A stretch of DNA of 64,000 nt from Burkholderiales bacterium (GCA_036555035.1 DATBMB010000056.1:1267-65266), one strand, 5' to 3'; counted from the stretch's first letter, positions 40,856 through 50,117 are shown. Numbers and translations: made by a program. The notes: a model not told the origin generated them from the sequence alone.

Positions 40856-41928
40856 AGCTTCCATCCCTCCTTCATCGAGTTCGCGCGCGCGGCCGCCGTG
40901 CTGCCCGCGGCGCCCGGCCGGCCTTTGACGACGTCGTTATACCAGTGCTCGTGGTGCTCCTTGGCCCACTGCTCGTCGACCTTCCCGTCGGTGCGCATGC
41001 ACTCGTAGGCCCCTTCCACGCCGACGGACCCGAGGTAGATGTGCCCGAGCATCATGGCGACATAGAGCACGCCGGTCACCGCGTGGATGATGTTCGAGTA
41101 CTGCATGACCAGCCGGCCCTGCTCGAAGTTCGGGAACAGCATGATGATGCCGGATGCGCCGACGATGATCGTGAACAGGAACAGCCCGACCCAGAACACG
41201 ATCTTCTCGCCCGCGTTGAAGAATCCCGACGGGACGTGCTCGCCCGTCAGCATGCCGCCGCCCTTGAGCAGCCACCCGAAATCGTATCCGCGCGGGATGT
41301 TGCGCGAGAGATAGGTGAAGAACATCAGCGCCGCGGCGATCAGGAAGACCGGCCCGATGAAGTTGTGCAGGTTCTTCGACAGGATCGCGAGCCAGGAGAA
41401 CACTGTATAGCCGAACATCGGCAGCACGACATACTTGCCGAAGAGCAGCAGAACCCCGGAGATCGCGAGAATCACCCAGCTGATCGCGACCGTCCAGTGC
41501 ATGGTGCGATCCCAGCTCGACAGGCGCTGGATCTTCCTTCCGGTCAGCCGGCCGTGGACCTTGAGCGGGCCCCGCCACAGGTAGAAGCCGAGTATCAGCA
41601 GCGGAACGATGATGAGCAGCCAGCCGCCGTAGACCGTGATCGGGCCATTGCGGATCTGGCGCCAGATCTCGCCCTCGGACTGGATGAGGACGTTGGTCTC
41701 GATGCCGCGCACCTGGGTGGTCTGCGCGGGGGAGGTCGTGGTGCTGCGCACGTCGCGCCAGACCGGCGCGTTGTTGAGCGGCTGGTCCTGCTGGCGCTGC
41801 ACCTGCTCCTTGGCGTGCTCCTGTGCGACGCCCTGAGCGGCCAGCGGCAGCGGCGTGAGGAGCATCACGCCCGCCAGGGCCATGAGACGAACCATTGCTC
41901 GCATGTCGCCGATGCGGACCATGCGCAT
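40852..41928 (-). CDS. fdhC: Formate dehydrogenase gamma subunit (cytochrome b) with an extended N-terminal region
   Basis: SSWDRTMHWTVAISWVILAISG...NLHNFIGPVF...IIHAVTGVLYVAMMLGHIYLG matches FdnI/FdoI-type cytochrome b histidine-containing helices. The exact start is uncertain. Confidence 0.88.
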   Translation of the reverse strand: MRMVRIGDMRAMVRLMALAGVMLLTPLPLAAQGVAQEHAKEQVQRQQDQPLNNAPVWRDVRSTTTSPAQTTQVRGIETNVLIQSEGEIWRQIRNGPITVYGGWLLIIVPLLILGFYLWRGPLKVHGRLTGRKIQRLSSWDRTMHWTVAISWVILAISGVLLLFGKYVVLPMFGYTVFSWLAILSKNLHNFIGPVFLIAAALMFFTYLSRNIPRGYDFGWLLKGGGMLTGEHVPSGFFNAGEKIVFWVGLFLFTIIVGASGIIMLFPNFEQGRLVMQYSNIIHAVTGVLYVAMMLGHIYLGSVGVEGAYECMRTDGKVDEQWAKEHHEHWYNDVVKGRPGAAGSTAAARANSMKEGWKL

Positions 41929-41943
41929 CCCTCCTATCGCGTT

Positions 41944-42180
41944 CTAGTTCCTGGCGCTGGGCGTGCCGCGGGAATACTCGTTCTGCCCTTCGATGCGCTT
42001 CTTGATGGCGGTTTCCCAGGCCAGCTTGTCGCCCTTGAATTGATCGTTGTCCCAGGGCTGCTTGTCCGGCTTCCCTTGGTACTGGCCCTGCTTGTACACG
42101 GTGACCTGCGTACTTTCGCCGCAGCCTGCCGCTGCCGCCGCCAGGGCCATGGCGGCGGCTATCAACAGCGCTTTTCTCAT
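41944..42180 (-). CDS. 78-aa predicted lipoprotein inserted between the fdh beta and gamma genes
   Basis: The ATG at 42180 overlaps the fdhB stop (ATGA). MRKALLIAAAMALAAAAAGC carries a lipobox (AAGC). Confidence 0.6.
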   Translation of the reverse strand: MRKALLIAAAMALAAAAAGCGESTQVTVYKQGQYQGKPDKQPWDNDQFKGDKLAWETAIKKRIEGQNEYSRGTPSARN

Positions 42181-42800
42181 GACTTGGCTCCCGGGCGCGG
42201 CGTGGGTTGCCGCTCGGGCTTGCCATAGGCCGTGCCCCAGCCCCAGACCTCGGACCCCTTGCCGCGCTTCAGCACGCGGTTGCGGTAGATGTCGGCGATC
42301 TCGTCGGCGTCGCCGCCGAGCAGCGCCTTGGTCGCGCACATCTCGGCGCAGGCCGGGAGCTTGCCCTCCGCCAGGCGGTTGCGGCCGTACTTCTTGAACT
42401 CGGCCGCGGAGAAGTCCGCCTCGGGACCGCCGGCGCAGAACGTGCACTTGTCCATCTTGCCGCGCAGGCCGAACGCACCGTCCTGCGGGAACTGCGGCGC
42501 CCCGAACGGGCAGGCGTAGAAGCAGTAGCCGCAGCCGATGCACAGGTCCTTGTCGTGCAGCACCACACCCTCGGTGGTCTTGTAGAAGCAGTCCACCGGG
42601 CAGACCGCCATGCACGGCGCATCCGAGCAGTGCATGCAGGCGACCGAGATCGATTTCTCGCCCGGCACCCCGTCATTCAGCGTGACCACCCGGCGGCGGT
42701 TCACGCCCCACGGGATCTCGTGCTCCTGCTTGCACGCCGTCACGCAGCCATTGCACTCGATGCAACGCTCGGCATCCGCGAGAAATTTCATTCTTGCCAT
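42177..42800 (-). CDS. fdhB: Formate dehydrogenase beta (4Fe-4S ferredoxin-type) subunit
   Basis: 207 aa with multiple ferredoxin motifs: CIECNGCVTAC, CMHCSDAPCMAVCP, CIGCGYCFYACP and CTFC...CAEMC. Confidence 0.92.
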   Translation of the reverse strand: MARMKFLADAERCIECNGCVTACKQEHEIPWGVNRRRVVTLNDGVPGEKSISVACMHCSDAPCMAVCPVDCFYKTTEGVVLHDKDLCIGCGYCFYACPFGAPQFPQDGAFGLRGKMDKCTFCAGGPEADFSAAEFKKYGRNRLAEGKLPACAEMCATKALLGGDADEIADIYRNRVLKRGKGSEVWGWGTAYGKPERQPTPRPGAKS

Positions 42801-42829
42801 GGTTCAGCTCCTCTGTGTCCCGTTCTCGA

Positions 42830-45748
42830 TCAGGCCTTGGATACCTGGCACAGCGTGGTCTTGGTCTCCTGCATCATGGTCACGATGTCGTAGCCGTAGG
42901 TGGTGGCCGTGTTCACGGCCTCGCCGCGCACGAACGGCGCCGCGCCCTCCGGATACTTGTCGAGCAAGTCCCTGCCCTCCATCCAGCCGGCGAAGTGGAA
43001 CGGGCAGAATACGGTTCCCGGACCAACGCGCTCGGTGACCAGCGTCTTGACCTTGATGCGCGCCTTGCTCGGCGTTGAAACCCACACGTACTCGTTGTTC
43101 TTCACGCCGCGGTCGTTGGCGTCCTTGGGATTGATCTCGACGAACATCTCCTGCTGCAGCTCGGCGAGCCAGGGATTGGACCGCGTCTCGTCGCCGCCGC
43201 CCTCGTACTCGACCAGGCGGCCGCTGGTGAGAATGAGCGGGTAGGTCTTGACCGCGTCCCGGTTCGCGTCCTGCACCGTCTTGAACAGCACCGGCATGCG
43301 CCAGCGGACCTTCTGGTCGGCGTGCGTCGGGAACTTGTCGATCAGGTCCGGCCGCGGAGTATAGAGCGGCTCCCGGTGCAGCGGCACGCCATCCGGGAAG
43401 TTCCAGACCACCGCCCGCGCCTTGGCGTTGCCCCAGGGGTGGCACCCGTGCTTCATCACCACCCGCTGGATGCCGCCCGAGAGATCGGTCTTCCAGTTCT
43501 TGCCCTCGGCCGCCTTCTTCTCGCTCTCGGTCAGGTCGTCCCACCAGCCGAGCTTCTTCATCAGCACGTGGTCGAACTCGGGATAGCCGGTCGTGATCTC
43601 GGCTCCCTTGGAGTGCGAGCCGTCCTCGGCCAGCAGGTTGACGCCGTCCCGTTCCACCCCGAAGTTGGCGCGGAAGTTACCGCCCCCGTCCATCATGTGC
43701 AGGGAGGTGTTGTAGAGATTGGGCGTCCCGGGATGCTTGATCGCCGCGCTCCCGTAGCACGGCCACGGCATGCCGTAGTAGTCGCCGTCCAGCACGTAGC
43801 CGGTCTTGGCGTCCTTGCCGCCCTTCGCGCGCAGGGTCTTCACGTCGAACACATGCTGGTTGCGCATGTGCGCCTGCAGCCGCTCCGGTGACTGGCCGGT
43901 GTAGCCGATGGTCCAGGCGCCGCGGTTGATCTCGCGCAGCGCGTCCTCCATGTCGGGCTCATCCATGCCGCCTTTGCCCTTCACCAGCTTGATCTTCGCC
44001 ACGAACTCCTTGCCGAAGCCGAACTTCTGCGCGAGCTGGTACATGATCATGTGGTCGGTCCGGGAATCGAACATCGGGTCGATCACCTTCTCGCGCCACT
44101 GGATCGAGCGGTTGGACGCGGTAACCGAACCCGCGCATTCCATCTGCGTCGCCGCCGGCAGGAGGTAGACGTTCTCCTGGCGCACCAGCGCCGCCATCGC
44201 CGCGGTCGCGCTGGGGTAGGGATCGACCACCACCAGCAGGTCGAGCTTCTTCATCGCCTCGAGCATTTCCTTGCCGCGGTTCTGGCTGTTCGGGGCATGC
44301 CCCCAGAAGATCACCGCCCGCACGTTCGGATCCTGGTCGAGGTTCTCGTTCTTCTCCGTCACCGCGTCCTGCCAGCGGGATACCGTGATGCCCGGCTTCT
44401 CCATGGATGCAACCGACGAGAACTGCTTGACGATCCAGTCATAGTCCACGCCATACACCGCAGCCCAATGCTTCCACGCGCCCGCGGCGATTCCGTAGTA
44501 GCCGGGAAGCGAGTCGGGATTCGGCCCGACGTCGGTCGCGCCCTGCACGTTGTCGTGGCCGCGGTAGATGTTGGTGCCGCCGCCGGAGACGCCGACGTTG
44601 CCCAGCGCCAGCTGGAAGCAGGCCGACGCGCGCACGATGGCGTTGCCGTTGGTGTGCTGGGTCTGGCCCATCGCCCAGACAATCGTGCTGGGCCGGTTCT
44701 TGGCCATCATTTCAGCGACGTCGCGGACCTCGGCTTCCTTCATGCCGGTGACGCTCTCGGTCACCTCCGGAGTCCACTTCATCACCTCTTCCCGCACCTT
44801 GTCCATGCCGTAGACGCGGGCCTTGATGTATTCCTTGTCCTCCCACCCGTTCTTGAACACGTGGTAGAGCATGCCCCACAGGAATGCCACGTCCGTGCCG
44901 GAGCGGATGCGGTAGTACTTGTCCGCCCGCGCCGCCGTGCGTGTGAACCGTGGGTCGACGCAGACCACCTTGGCTCCGTTCTCCTTGGCGACCAGCGTGT
45001 GCATCATCGATACCGGATGCGCCTCCGCGGCATTGCTGCCGAAGAACAGGATGCACTTCGAGTTCAGCTCGTCGTTGTACGAGTTCGTCATCGCGCCATA
45101 GCCCCAGGTATTCGCGATGCCCGCGACCGTGGTCGAGTGGCAGATGCGCGCCTGATGATCCATGTTGTTCGTGCCGAAGAACGACACGAACTTGCGGAAC
45201 AGGGCGGACTGCTCGTTGTTGTGCTTGGAGGAGCCGATCCAGAAAGTCGCGTCCGCGCCGCTCTCCTTCTTGATCGCGAGGAGTTTCTTGCTGACCTCGT
45301 CGAGCGCCTGGTCCCAGGACACCTTCTGCCACTTGCCCCCGACGAGCTTCATCGGGGTCTTCAGGCGATGCGAATCATGATGGATGCCATGCTCGCGGAT
45401 CGATGCGCCCTTCGCGCAGTGCGCGCCGAGGTTGATCGGCGAGTCGAATACCGGCTCCTGCCGGATCCAGATGCCGTCCTGGACCACGGCGTCGATGGAG
45501 CAGCCGACGGAGCAATGCGTGCAGATCGTGCGGTGCACCTCGATCTTGCCCCCGGCGCCCTGCGCCGCCGCGGACTTCTCCACGATGCTGAACGGCAGCT
45601 GGGTCGCCACCGCCCCGGCGCCGAGCGTGACGCCCGAGCGCTTGAGGAAGGTGCGGCGATCGATCGTCCGGCCGAGCATTCCCGCGACGTTGCGGGAAAG
45701 GCGGCTCGCGCTCGAGGATACGCTGGTGGATTTTCTCGTGAGCAACAT
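42830..45748 (-). CDS. fdhA: Periplasmic molybdopterin formate dehydrogenase alpha subunit, Cys-type (no selenocysteine)
   Basis: The ATG at 45748 is preceded by GAGGAG. It has Tat signal RRTFLKRSG and an N-terminal Fe-S motif CTHCSVGCS. The active-site region HQARICHSTTVAG carries Cys where FdnG has Sec. Confidence 0.95.
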   Translation of the reverse strand: MLLTRKSTSVSSSASRLSRNVAGMLGRTIDRRTFLKRSGVTLGAGAVATQLPFSIVEKSAAAQGAGGKIEVHRTICTHCSVGCSIDAVVQDGIWIRQEPVFDSPINLGAHCAKGASIREHGIHHDSHRLKTPMKLVGGKWQKVSWDQALDEVSKKLLAIKKESGADATFWIGSSKHNNEQSALFRKFVSFFGTNNMDHQARICHSTTVAGIANTWGYGAMTNSYNDELNSKCILFFGSNAAEAHPVSMMHTLVAKENGAKVVCVDPRFTRTAARADKYYRIRSGTDVAFLWGMLYHVFKNGWEDKEYIKARVYGMDKVREEVMKWTPEVTESVTGMKEAEVRDVAEMMAKNRPSTIVWAMGQTQHTNGNAIVRASACFQLALGNVGVSGGGTNIYRGHDNVQGATDVGPNPDSLPGYYGIAAGAWKHWAAVYGVDYDWIVKQFSSVASMEKPGITVSRWQDAVTEKNENLDQDPNVRAVIFWGHAPNSQNRGKEMLEAMKKLDLLVVVDPYPSATAAMAALVRQENVYLLPAATQMECAGSVTASNRSIQWREKVIDPMFDSRTDHMIMYQLAQKFGFGKEFVAKIKLVKGKGGMDEPDMEDALREINRGAWTIGYTGQSPERLQAHMRNQHVFDVKTLRAKGGKDAKTGYVLDGDYYGMPWPCYGSAAIKHPGTPNLYNTSLHMMDGGGNFRANFGVERDGVNLLAEDGSHSKGAEITTGYPEFDHVLMKKLGWWDDLTESEKKAAEGKNWKTDLSGGIQRVVMKHGCHPWGNAKARAVVWNFPDGVPLHREPLYTPRPDLIDKFPTHADQKVRWRMPVLFKTVQDANRDAVKTYPLILTSGRLVEYEGGGDETRSNPWLAELQQEMFVEINPKDANDRGVKNNEYVWVSTPSKARIKVKTLVTERVGPGTVFCPFHFAGWMEGRDLLDKYPEGAAPFVRGEAVNTATTYGYDIVTMMQETKTTLCQVSKA

Positions 45749-45758
45749 GGCGCTCTCC

Positions 45759-45956
45759 TCAGACCTTGGTGGTGTTGTAGTACTTGCGGATGTGTTCCGT
45801 GACGTGATAGCCCTTCGAGCCGCTCGCGATTTCGGTCTTCCTGGGCTCACCCTGCGCGCTCGTGCCGGCCACGACGGCGGCGGTTGCCGCGACGCTCCCA
45901 GCACCAGCAGCCAGCAGGAAATTACGACGGGAAAGTTTGCGGTCCGGACTCTTCAT
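45759..45956 (-). CDS. Small Tat-signal protein of the 'formate dehydrogenase region TAT target' type
   Basis: The ATG at 45956 is preceded by AAGGAGG. MKSPDRKLSRRNFLLAAGAGSVAATAAVVAG is followed by a ~35-aa tail. It lies directly upstream of fdhA. Confidence 0.75.
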   Translation of the reverse strand: MKSPDRKLSRRNFLLAAGAGSVAATAAVVAGTSAQGEPRKTEIASGSKGYHVTEHIRKYYNTTKV

Positions 45957-46116
45957 CACACCCTCCTTGCCGAAGCAATCCAATACGGGTTGTTCTTGGA
46001 TGCAAATTTACTCTGCGGGCAATGCCAAATCAATCACATTTTGACCTATTCAGAGAGTAAGAACCATTCTCATCAAGGAACAACCGGAGTTATTGAGAGT
46101 AATTCTTATCCTGAGC
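45957..46116 (-). promoter_or_regulatory. AT-richer intergenic region, probable promoter/regulatory region of the fdh structural operon
   Basis: 160 nt with locally low GC. The direct repeat GAGAGTAA occurs at 46053-46060 and 46095-46102 (42-nt phasing). Each copy is followed by (A)TTCT(C/T)ATC. Confidence 0.35.
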
Positions 46117-46740
46117 TCACCCACCCGGCTCGATCATCTCGAACGCCTGGCGCTCGACCTCGAGAAACGCGCCCAGGAATTGTGCAACGTGACGATAGAA
46201 CACGGCGCTGGTCGCCGTGCCGACAGCATCGCAGAACGGCTTCACGCAAGGGTAGACGAACTCGTTGAAAAACTGCATTTGTTCAGACAGTGCATGCCCC
46301 TCCTCGATGAGGACGCGCATCACGTCGCAAAGGCCCGAGACATGGTCTTCCATCTCGTATGCTGCATCGCGGCGACCGAGCCCCAAGCTCCCCAGCCGTT
46401 CACGCAGGCGAACCAGGTGCTGCTCCGGTGAATGACCCTTCAGATAATGCGTGGTATAGGGCGTTACCTCGGATCTTCCCACCCCGATGAAGAGCGTGTC
46501 GTACTCCTGCTTCACAACCACCGGGTAGGCACTGCCGCAGGCGTCCCGCAACGCGCTCCAGGCCTGATCCAGAGGTTGGCTGCTTCCGGAGGGCTCCCCT
46601 TCCCCGCGGCGCAGCTGCGCCAGCAATATGGAATCCGGTGCGTCGTAGAAGAGCCGTCCGATCAGCGCATAGAGATTGGCGCGGGCGGCGTCCTCCTCAG
46701 CCAGCGGACCCCGCTCCTGCAAGTCGCCGCCGGCACTCAC
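46117..46740 (-). CDS. TorD/DmsD-family redox enzyme maturation chaperone
   Basis: ARANLYALIGRLFY..P....L........W....................EY..LF.G......PY.S.Y is the TorD-like pattern. The GTG at 46740 overlaps the upstream stop (GTGA). Confidence 0.8.
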   Translation of the reverse strand: MSAGGDLQERGPLAEEDAARANLYALIGRLFYDAPDSILLAQLRRGEGEPSGSSQPLDQAWSALRDACGSAYPVVVKQEYDTLFIGVGRSEVTPYTTHYLKGHSPEQHLVRLRERLGSLGLGRRDAAYEMEDHVSGLCDVMRVLIEEGHALSEQMQFFNEFVYPCVKPFCDAVGTATSAVFYRHVAQFLGAFLEVERQAFEMIEPGG

Positions 46741-48839
46741 GGCTTGCCGTCCCCGCCACCGCTGTAATCGAAAATGTTGAGGTCGCCCTGCCGTTCGGTC
46801 ATGTCGATGACCCTGCAATCCGCGCACATGCGCAGCCGCCGCACCGCGTCTTCCGTGGGGAACATCGAGTGCGAGCTCAGGCGCCCGACCATGTTCTCGA
46901 TCATCTGCTTCGTTGCAAAGGGCTTCCCGCAGCGCACGCAGTTATACGGCTCCGCGGCGTTGAGCACGACCGCCTCCTGCGCCTGCCTTCCCAGCAGCAG
47001 CCGCGGCGCCAGACTGATGGCGTCCTCGGGGCAGGTCTTCTCGCACAGCCCGCACTGAACGCAGTTGCGCTCGATGAACTTCAACTGCGGCGTCTCCTTG
47101 GAATCGAGCAGCGCCGACTCCGGGCAGGCGCCGACGCAGGCCATGCACAGGGTGCAGGTCTGCTGATTGACCAGGACGCGCCCGTAGGGCGCCCCCGCAG
47201 CCAGCGCCAATTCCTCTTTCGGCGCGGGTGCGTGCTTGAGCAAATGATCGAAGACGAAATCGAGCGTGCGGCGCTTTTCCCCGGAGAGGTTGAAAGCTGC
47301 GGCCGGCAGGCCGCGCAGGGTTCCCAGATTCCACACCGCCTGCTCCAGCGCCGGAGGGTCCCGTGCCTCGAGCAGCCGCAGGCGTCCTGCGCCGTGGCCC
47401 AGCCCCGACAGGATCTGCTCGCCAAAACCGAGCTGATCGCTGAGCGCCGCGCGGTACGCCTGCGGCTCGGTTCCCGCAGCGAGGACAAGGCAGCCTGCCG
47501 CGCCCAACGCGATCGCGCCCAGTGCGATGTCCAGCCCGAGGGAGGCGATGTGGAAGACCTCGAGCGGGATCACGTTCGCCGGCAGGCCGCGTCCACGCCG
47601 GGCGAGCCGCGCGATGAGCTCTCGGCCGTCCGTCGTGTTATGGAACAGCAGCACGGGGTCGCGCCCGCCGGCTTCCCGGTAGGTCTGCAGCACGGTCTTG
47701 ATCCTCGCGCCGATGTCCGGAACGCGCGGGTAGGCGTAACTCATCGCGCCGGAGGGACAGACCGTGGCGCAGCCGCCGCATCCCATGCACAGGTGCGGCT
47801 CGACCTTGATGCGGTTTTCCTCCTTCTCGCTCGTGATCGCGCGCGTGGAGCAGACATCGATGCAGCGGGTGCAGCCGGTGATTTCCGACCGGCTGTGGGC
47901 GCAGATGCTCTCCTTGTAGAGGAAGAACTTCGGCTTCTCGAACTCCCCCACCATGCGCGCGAGCTCCCGCGCCGCGAGGGCCTGCTCGAACGGATCGCTC
48001 CCCGGCGCAAAATAGCCTTGCGGCGGCTGCTCCAGCCGGATCAGCGGTTCGCGCGAGAGATCGAGCACCAGGTCGAATTTGTCGCTGCGCTGCTTCTCCG
48101 CGCGCTCGAAATCGATCGCCCGGATCTCCCCGCAGGCCTTGACGCATTGGCGGTGCGCCTTGCACTTCTCGAGATCGATCTGGTAGGAAAAATCGATGGC
48201 CTGCTCGGGACAGACCCGGATGCAGGCATTGCAGCGGGTGCAGGTCTCGAGATCGATGGGGTTCGCCTGGTCCCACTTGACCTCGAACGCGCCCAGATAG
48301 CCTGTCACCGCGCGCGGCCGGCCGGAAAACACCGGGTAGCGCCGCTCCGCCGGCATTTCGTAGGGCTCGCCACCTGCGGTCACCAGCACGTTCACCGAGA
48401 ACTGTTCGGCGAGCCGCTCCGCCCAGGAAAGCGCCGCGCCGCCCGGACCGATGATGAGCAGCCGTCCTTCCGATTGGTAGGACACCGCGGGCACCGGCTC
48501 GGGCTCGGGAACGTCCGCGAGCGCCAGCAAGGCGGCGATCTTGGGCGTCGCCTCCCGGGCCTCCCCCGACCAGCCCGCGGTTTCCCGGATATTGACGAAT
48601 TTCAGCGCGCCTTCACCCTTCAGCTGCTCGTGCAGCTCGGAAAAGAGCGGCGCTTCCTGGGTGCAGGCAACGACCAGGTCGCCGCCCTTCTTGACCGCCG
48701 CCTCGAACGCCGCGACATGCCTGCGGCACAGCTCGCTCGCGATGTTTGGCGTGGCATCGAGCTTGAGCGCGCGCGCGAGCGCCTTGCCGTCGAGCGGCAT
48801 GGTGCGGTTGCAGTCGCAGATGAGCTTGTCCTTCGCCAT
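46737..48839 (-). CDS. 700-aa multi-cluster 4Fe-4S ferredoxin-domain protein
   Basis: At least six to seven CxxCxxC(xxx)C(P)-type motifs are present: CTRCNACIRVCP, CKAHRQCVKAC, CTRCIDVC, CMGCGGCATVCP, CTLCMACVGACP, CVQCGLCEKTCP and CVRCG...CADC. Confidence 0.85.
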   Translation of the reverse strand: MAKDKLICDCNRTMPLDGKALARALKLDATPNIASELCRRHVAAFEAAVKKGGDLVVACTQEAPLFSELHEQLKGEGALKFVNIRETAGWSGEAREATPKIAALLALADVPEPEPVPAVSYQSEGRLLIIGPGGAALSWAERLAEQFSVNVLVTAGGEPYEMPAERRYPVFSGRPRAVTGYLGAFEVKWDQANPIDLETCTRCNACIRVCPEQAIDFSYQIDLEKCKAHRQCVKACGEIRAIDFERAEKQRSDKFDLVLDLSREPLIRLEQPPQGYFAPGSDPFEQALAARELARMVGEFEKPKFFLYKESICAHSRSEITGCTRCIDVCSTRAITSEKEENRIKVEPHLCMGCGGCATVCPSGAMSYAYPRVPDIGARIKTVLQTYREAGGRDPVLLFHNTTDGRELIARLARRGRGLPANVIPLEVFHIASLGLDIALGAIALGAAGCLVLAAGTEPQAYRAALSDQLGFGEQILSGLGHGAGRLRLLEARDPPALEQAVWNLGTLRGLPAAAFNLSGEKRRTLDFVFDHLLKHAPAPKEELALAAGAPYGRVLVNQQTCTLCMACVGACPESALLDSKETPQLKFIERNCVQCGLCEKTCPEDAISLAPRLLLGRQAQEAVVLNAAEPYNCVRCGKPFATKQMIENMVGRLSSHSMFPTEDAVRRLRMCADCRVIDMTERQGDLNIFDYSGGGDGKP

Positions 48840-48919
48840 CTTTCCGGGATCGTGCAGGTTCAGAGCGGACTACGGATCGTCTTGGAATCGCGGAGCGTAG
48901 CGAAAACCGGGTTCCGGCG

Positions 48920-49447
48920 CTACGCGTCCGTGCTCCGGGAACGGGGTGCGGCGGGAACCTCGTCCGGAACAGCGGTCAGGGGCTCCGCAGGCTCGGCCTG
49001 CGGGGCGGGCGGCTCGAGCCGCTTCGCGGCTGCGGCCTGCTCCAGCTCCTTTTTCCGGCGCTCCTCGGCGTCTTCCTTCGCCCACTGCAGGATGTTCTGC
49101 GCCTGGCGCAGTCCCGCGAGCATCTCGGGCGGGATCGGCTCGGTCTTGCTGTAATCGTCGATGTAGACGTCGAGCCCGTCCATGACGTTGAAGCGCGGAT
49201 CGCTGAAGAGCTTCTTCAGCGCCGCGCGGCGCACGTCCTCACCGATCTTGGGGTGAAAGAACGGGCGGAAATCGGACTCCGGCGTCAGCTGGTCGACCGG
49301 GGGCAGCTCCGGCGGCGGCGCTTTCGGATCGACCGCGGGCTCCGCTCCCTTTACCTGGGCCTTCTCGGGCGGCGCCTCGGTGCGCGCCTCCTTCTTCCGG
49401 CGCGACCAGCGGTCGAGAAAGGCTTCCTTGTCGTTCCGGGTCGTCAT
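48920..49447 (-). CDS. DUF3306-type protein (fdh-associated, unknown function)
   Basis: [21 protein letters not shown]...DFRPFFHP....VRRAALKKLFSDPRFNVMDGLDVYIDDYS, recalled as the DUF3306 pattern. The ATG at 49447 overlaps the upstream stop (ATGA). Confidence 0.7.
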   Translation of the reverse strand: MTTRNDKEAFLDRWSRRKKEARTEAPPEKAQVKGAEPAVDPKAPPPELPPVDQLTPESDFRPFFHPKIGEDVRRAALKKLFSDPRFNVMDGLDVYIDDYSKTEPIPPEMLAGLRQAQNILQWAKEDAEERRKKELEQAAAAKRLEPPAPQAEPAEPLTAVPDEVPAAPRSRSTDA

Positions 49448-49974
49448 CCCGTCGCGTCCTGCGGTCCACCCGTGCCGTCGCGGTGCGACGCCACGCCCTT
49501 GTCCTTGCTGCTGGCGTAGCGCTTCTTCTTTTTCGGCTCCGGCTTGTAATGCTCGGTTGCGAACTCGGAGATCCACGGCACCAGGTCGGGCGGAAGCGCC
49601 ACGCCGCCCACGTTCTCTTCGGTGTCCATCCAGCGCGCGCCTTCGTGGTAGCTCACGGTAACCCGCTCGGGTTTCGCGAACTCCCCGTGCATGCGCCACA
49701 TGACGAACACCTTGGGATGCGGCGAGGTGACGTTGTAGAGATAGCCTTCCGCCTCGTCCGGCTGCAGCTTGAGCTCGAACCCGGGAAACAGGACCTGAGT
49801 GATCCGCTCCTCGGCAACGATCACCCGCTCGGCGCTCCCGGCAGGCGCGGCATCGCTGACCACTCCCTTCGCCTCCCAGCGCTCCGTCGCCCACCGACCG
49901 GCGAGCCGGGTCCGCTCCATGATGACGGCGAGACGGTACGGCGCAGTGCGACTCGGGCTGGCGGATTCCGTCAT
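49444..49974 (-). CDS. DUF3305-type protein (fdh-associated, unknown function)
   Basis: I chose the ATG at 49974. ...[23 protein letters not shown]...[20 protein letters not shown]...PKVFVMWRM... is recalled as DUF3305. It is always paired with DUF3306 next to polyferredoxin/fdh genes. Confidence 0.7.
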   Translation of the reverse strand: MTESASPSRTAPYRLAVIMERTRLAGRWATERWEAKGVVSDAAPAGSAERVIVAEERITQVLFPGFELKLQPDEAEGYLYNVTSPHPKVFVMWRMHGEFAKPERVTVSYHEGARWMDTEENVGGVALPPDLVPWISEFATEHYKPEPKKKKRYASSKDKGVASHRDGTGGPQDATG

Positions 49975-50117
49975 GGCGGGGATTGTGCGCCACGGTTGAG
50001 CGCCGCGCAACCGGAAACACTCCCAAATACTTGATTTGCCGAAAGTGTTTTCCTTGCGGACGGGCCCGCCACTTTGGGATAATTCCCTGCGTAGAATCCC
50101 GCTATCGCTGGCCTCAA

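Noticed and set aside
42830-45748. Selenocysteine in the formate dehydrogenase alpha subunit.
   Set aside because: The reading frame is uninterrupted, and the position equivalent to Sec in FdnG reads Cys (HQARICHSTTVAG).
46028-46050. FNR or CRP site in the fdh promoter region (AAATCAATCACATTTTGACC; TGTGATTGATTTGGCA on the other strand).
   Set aside because: Only half-sites match. The second arms match the consensus at 2-3 of 5 positions, or the arms are in the wrong order.
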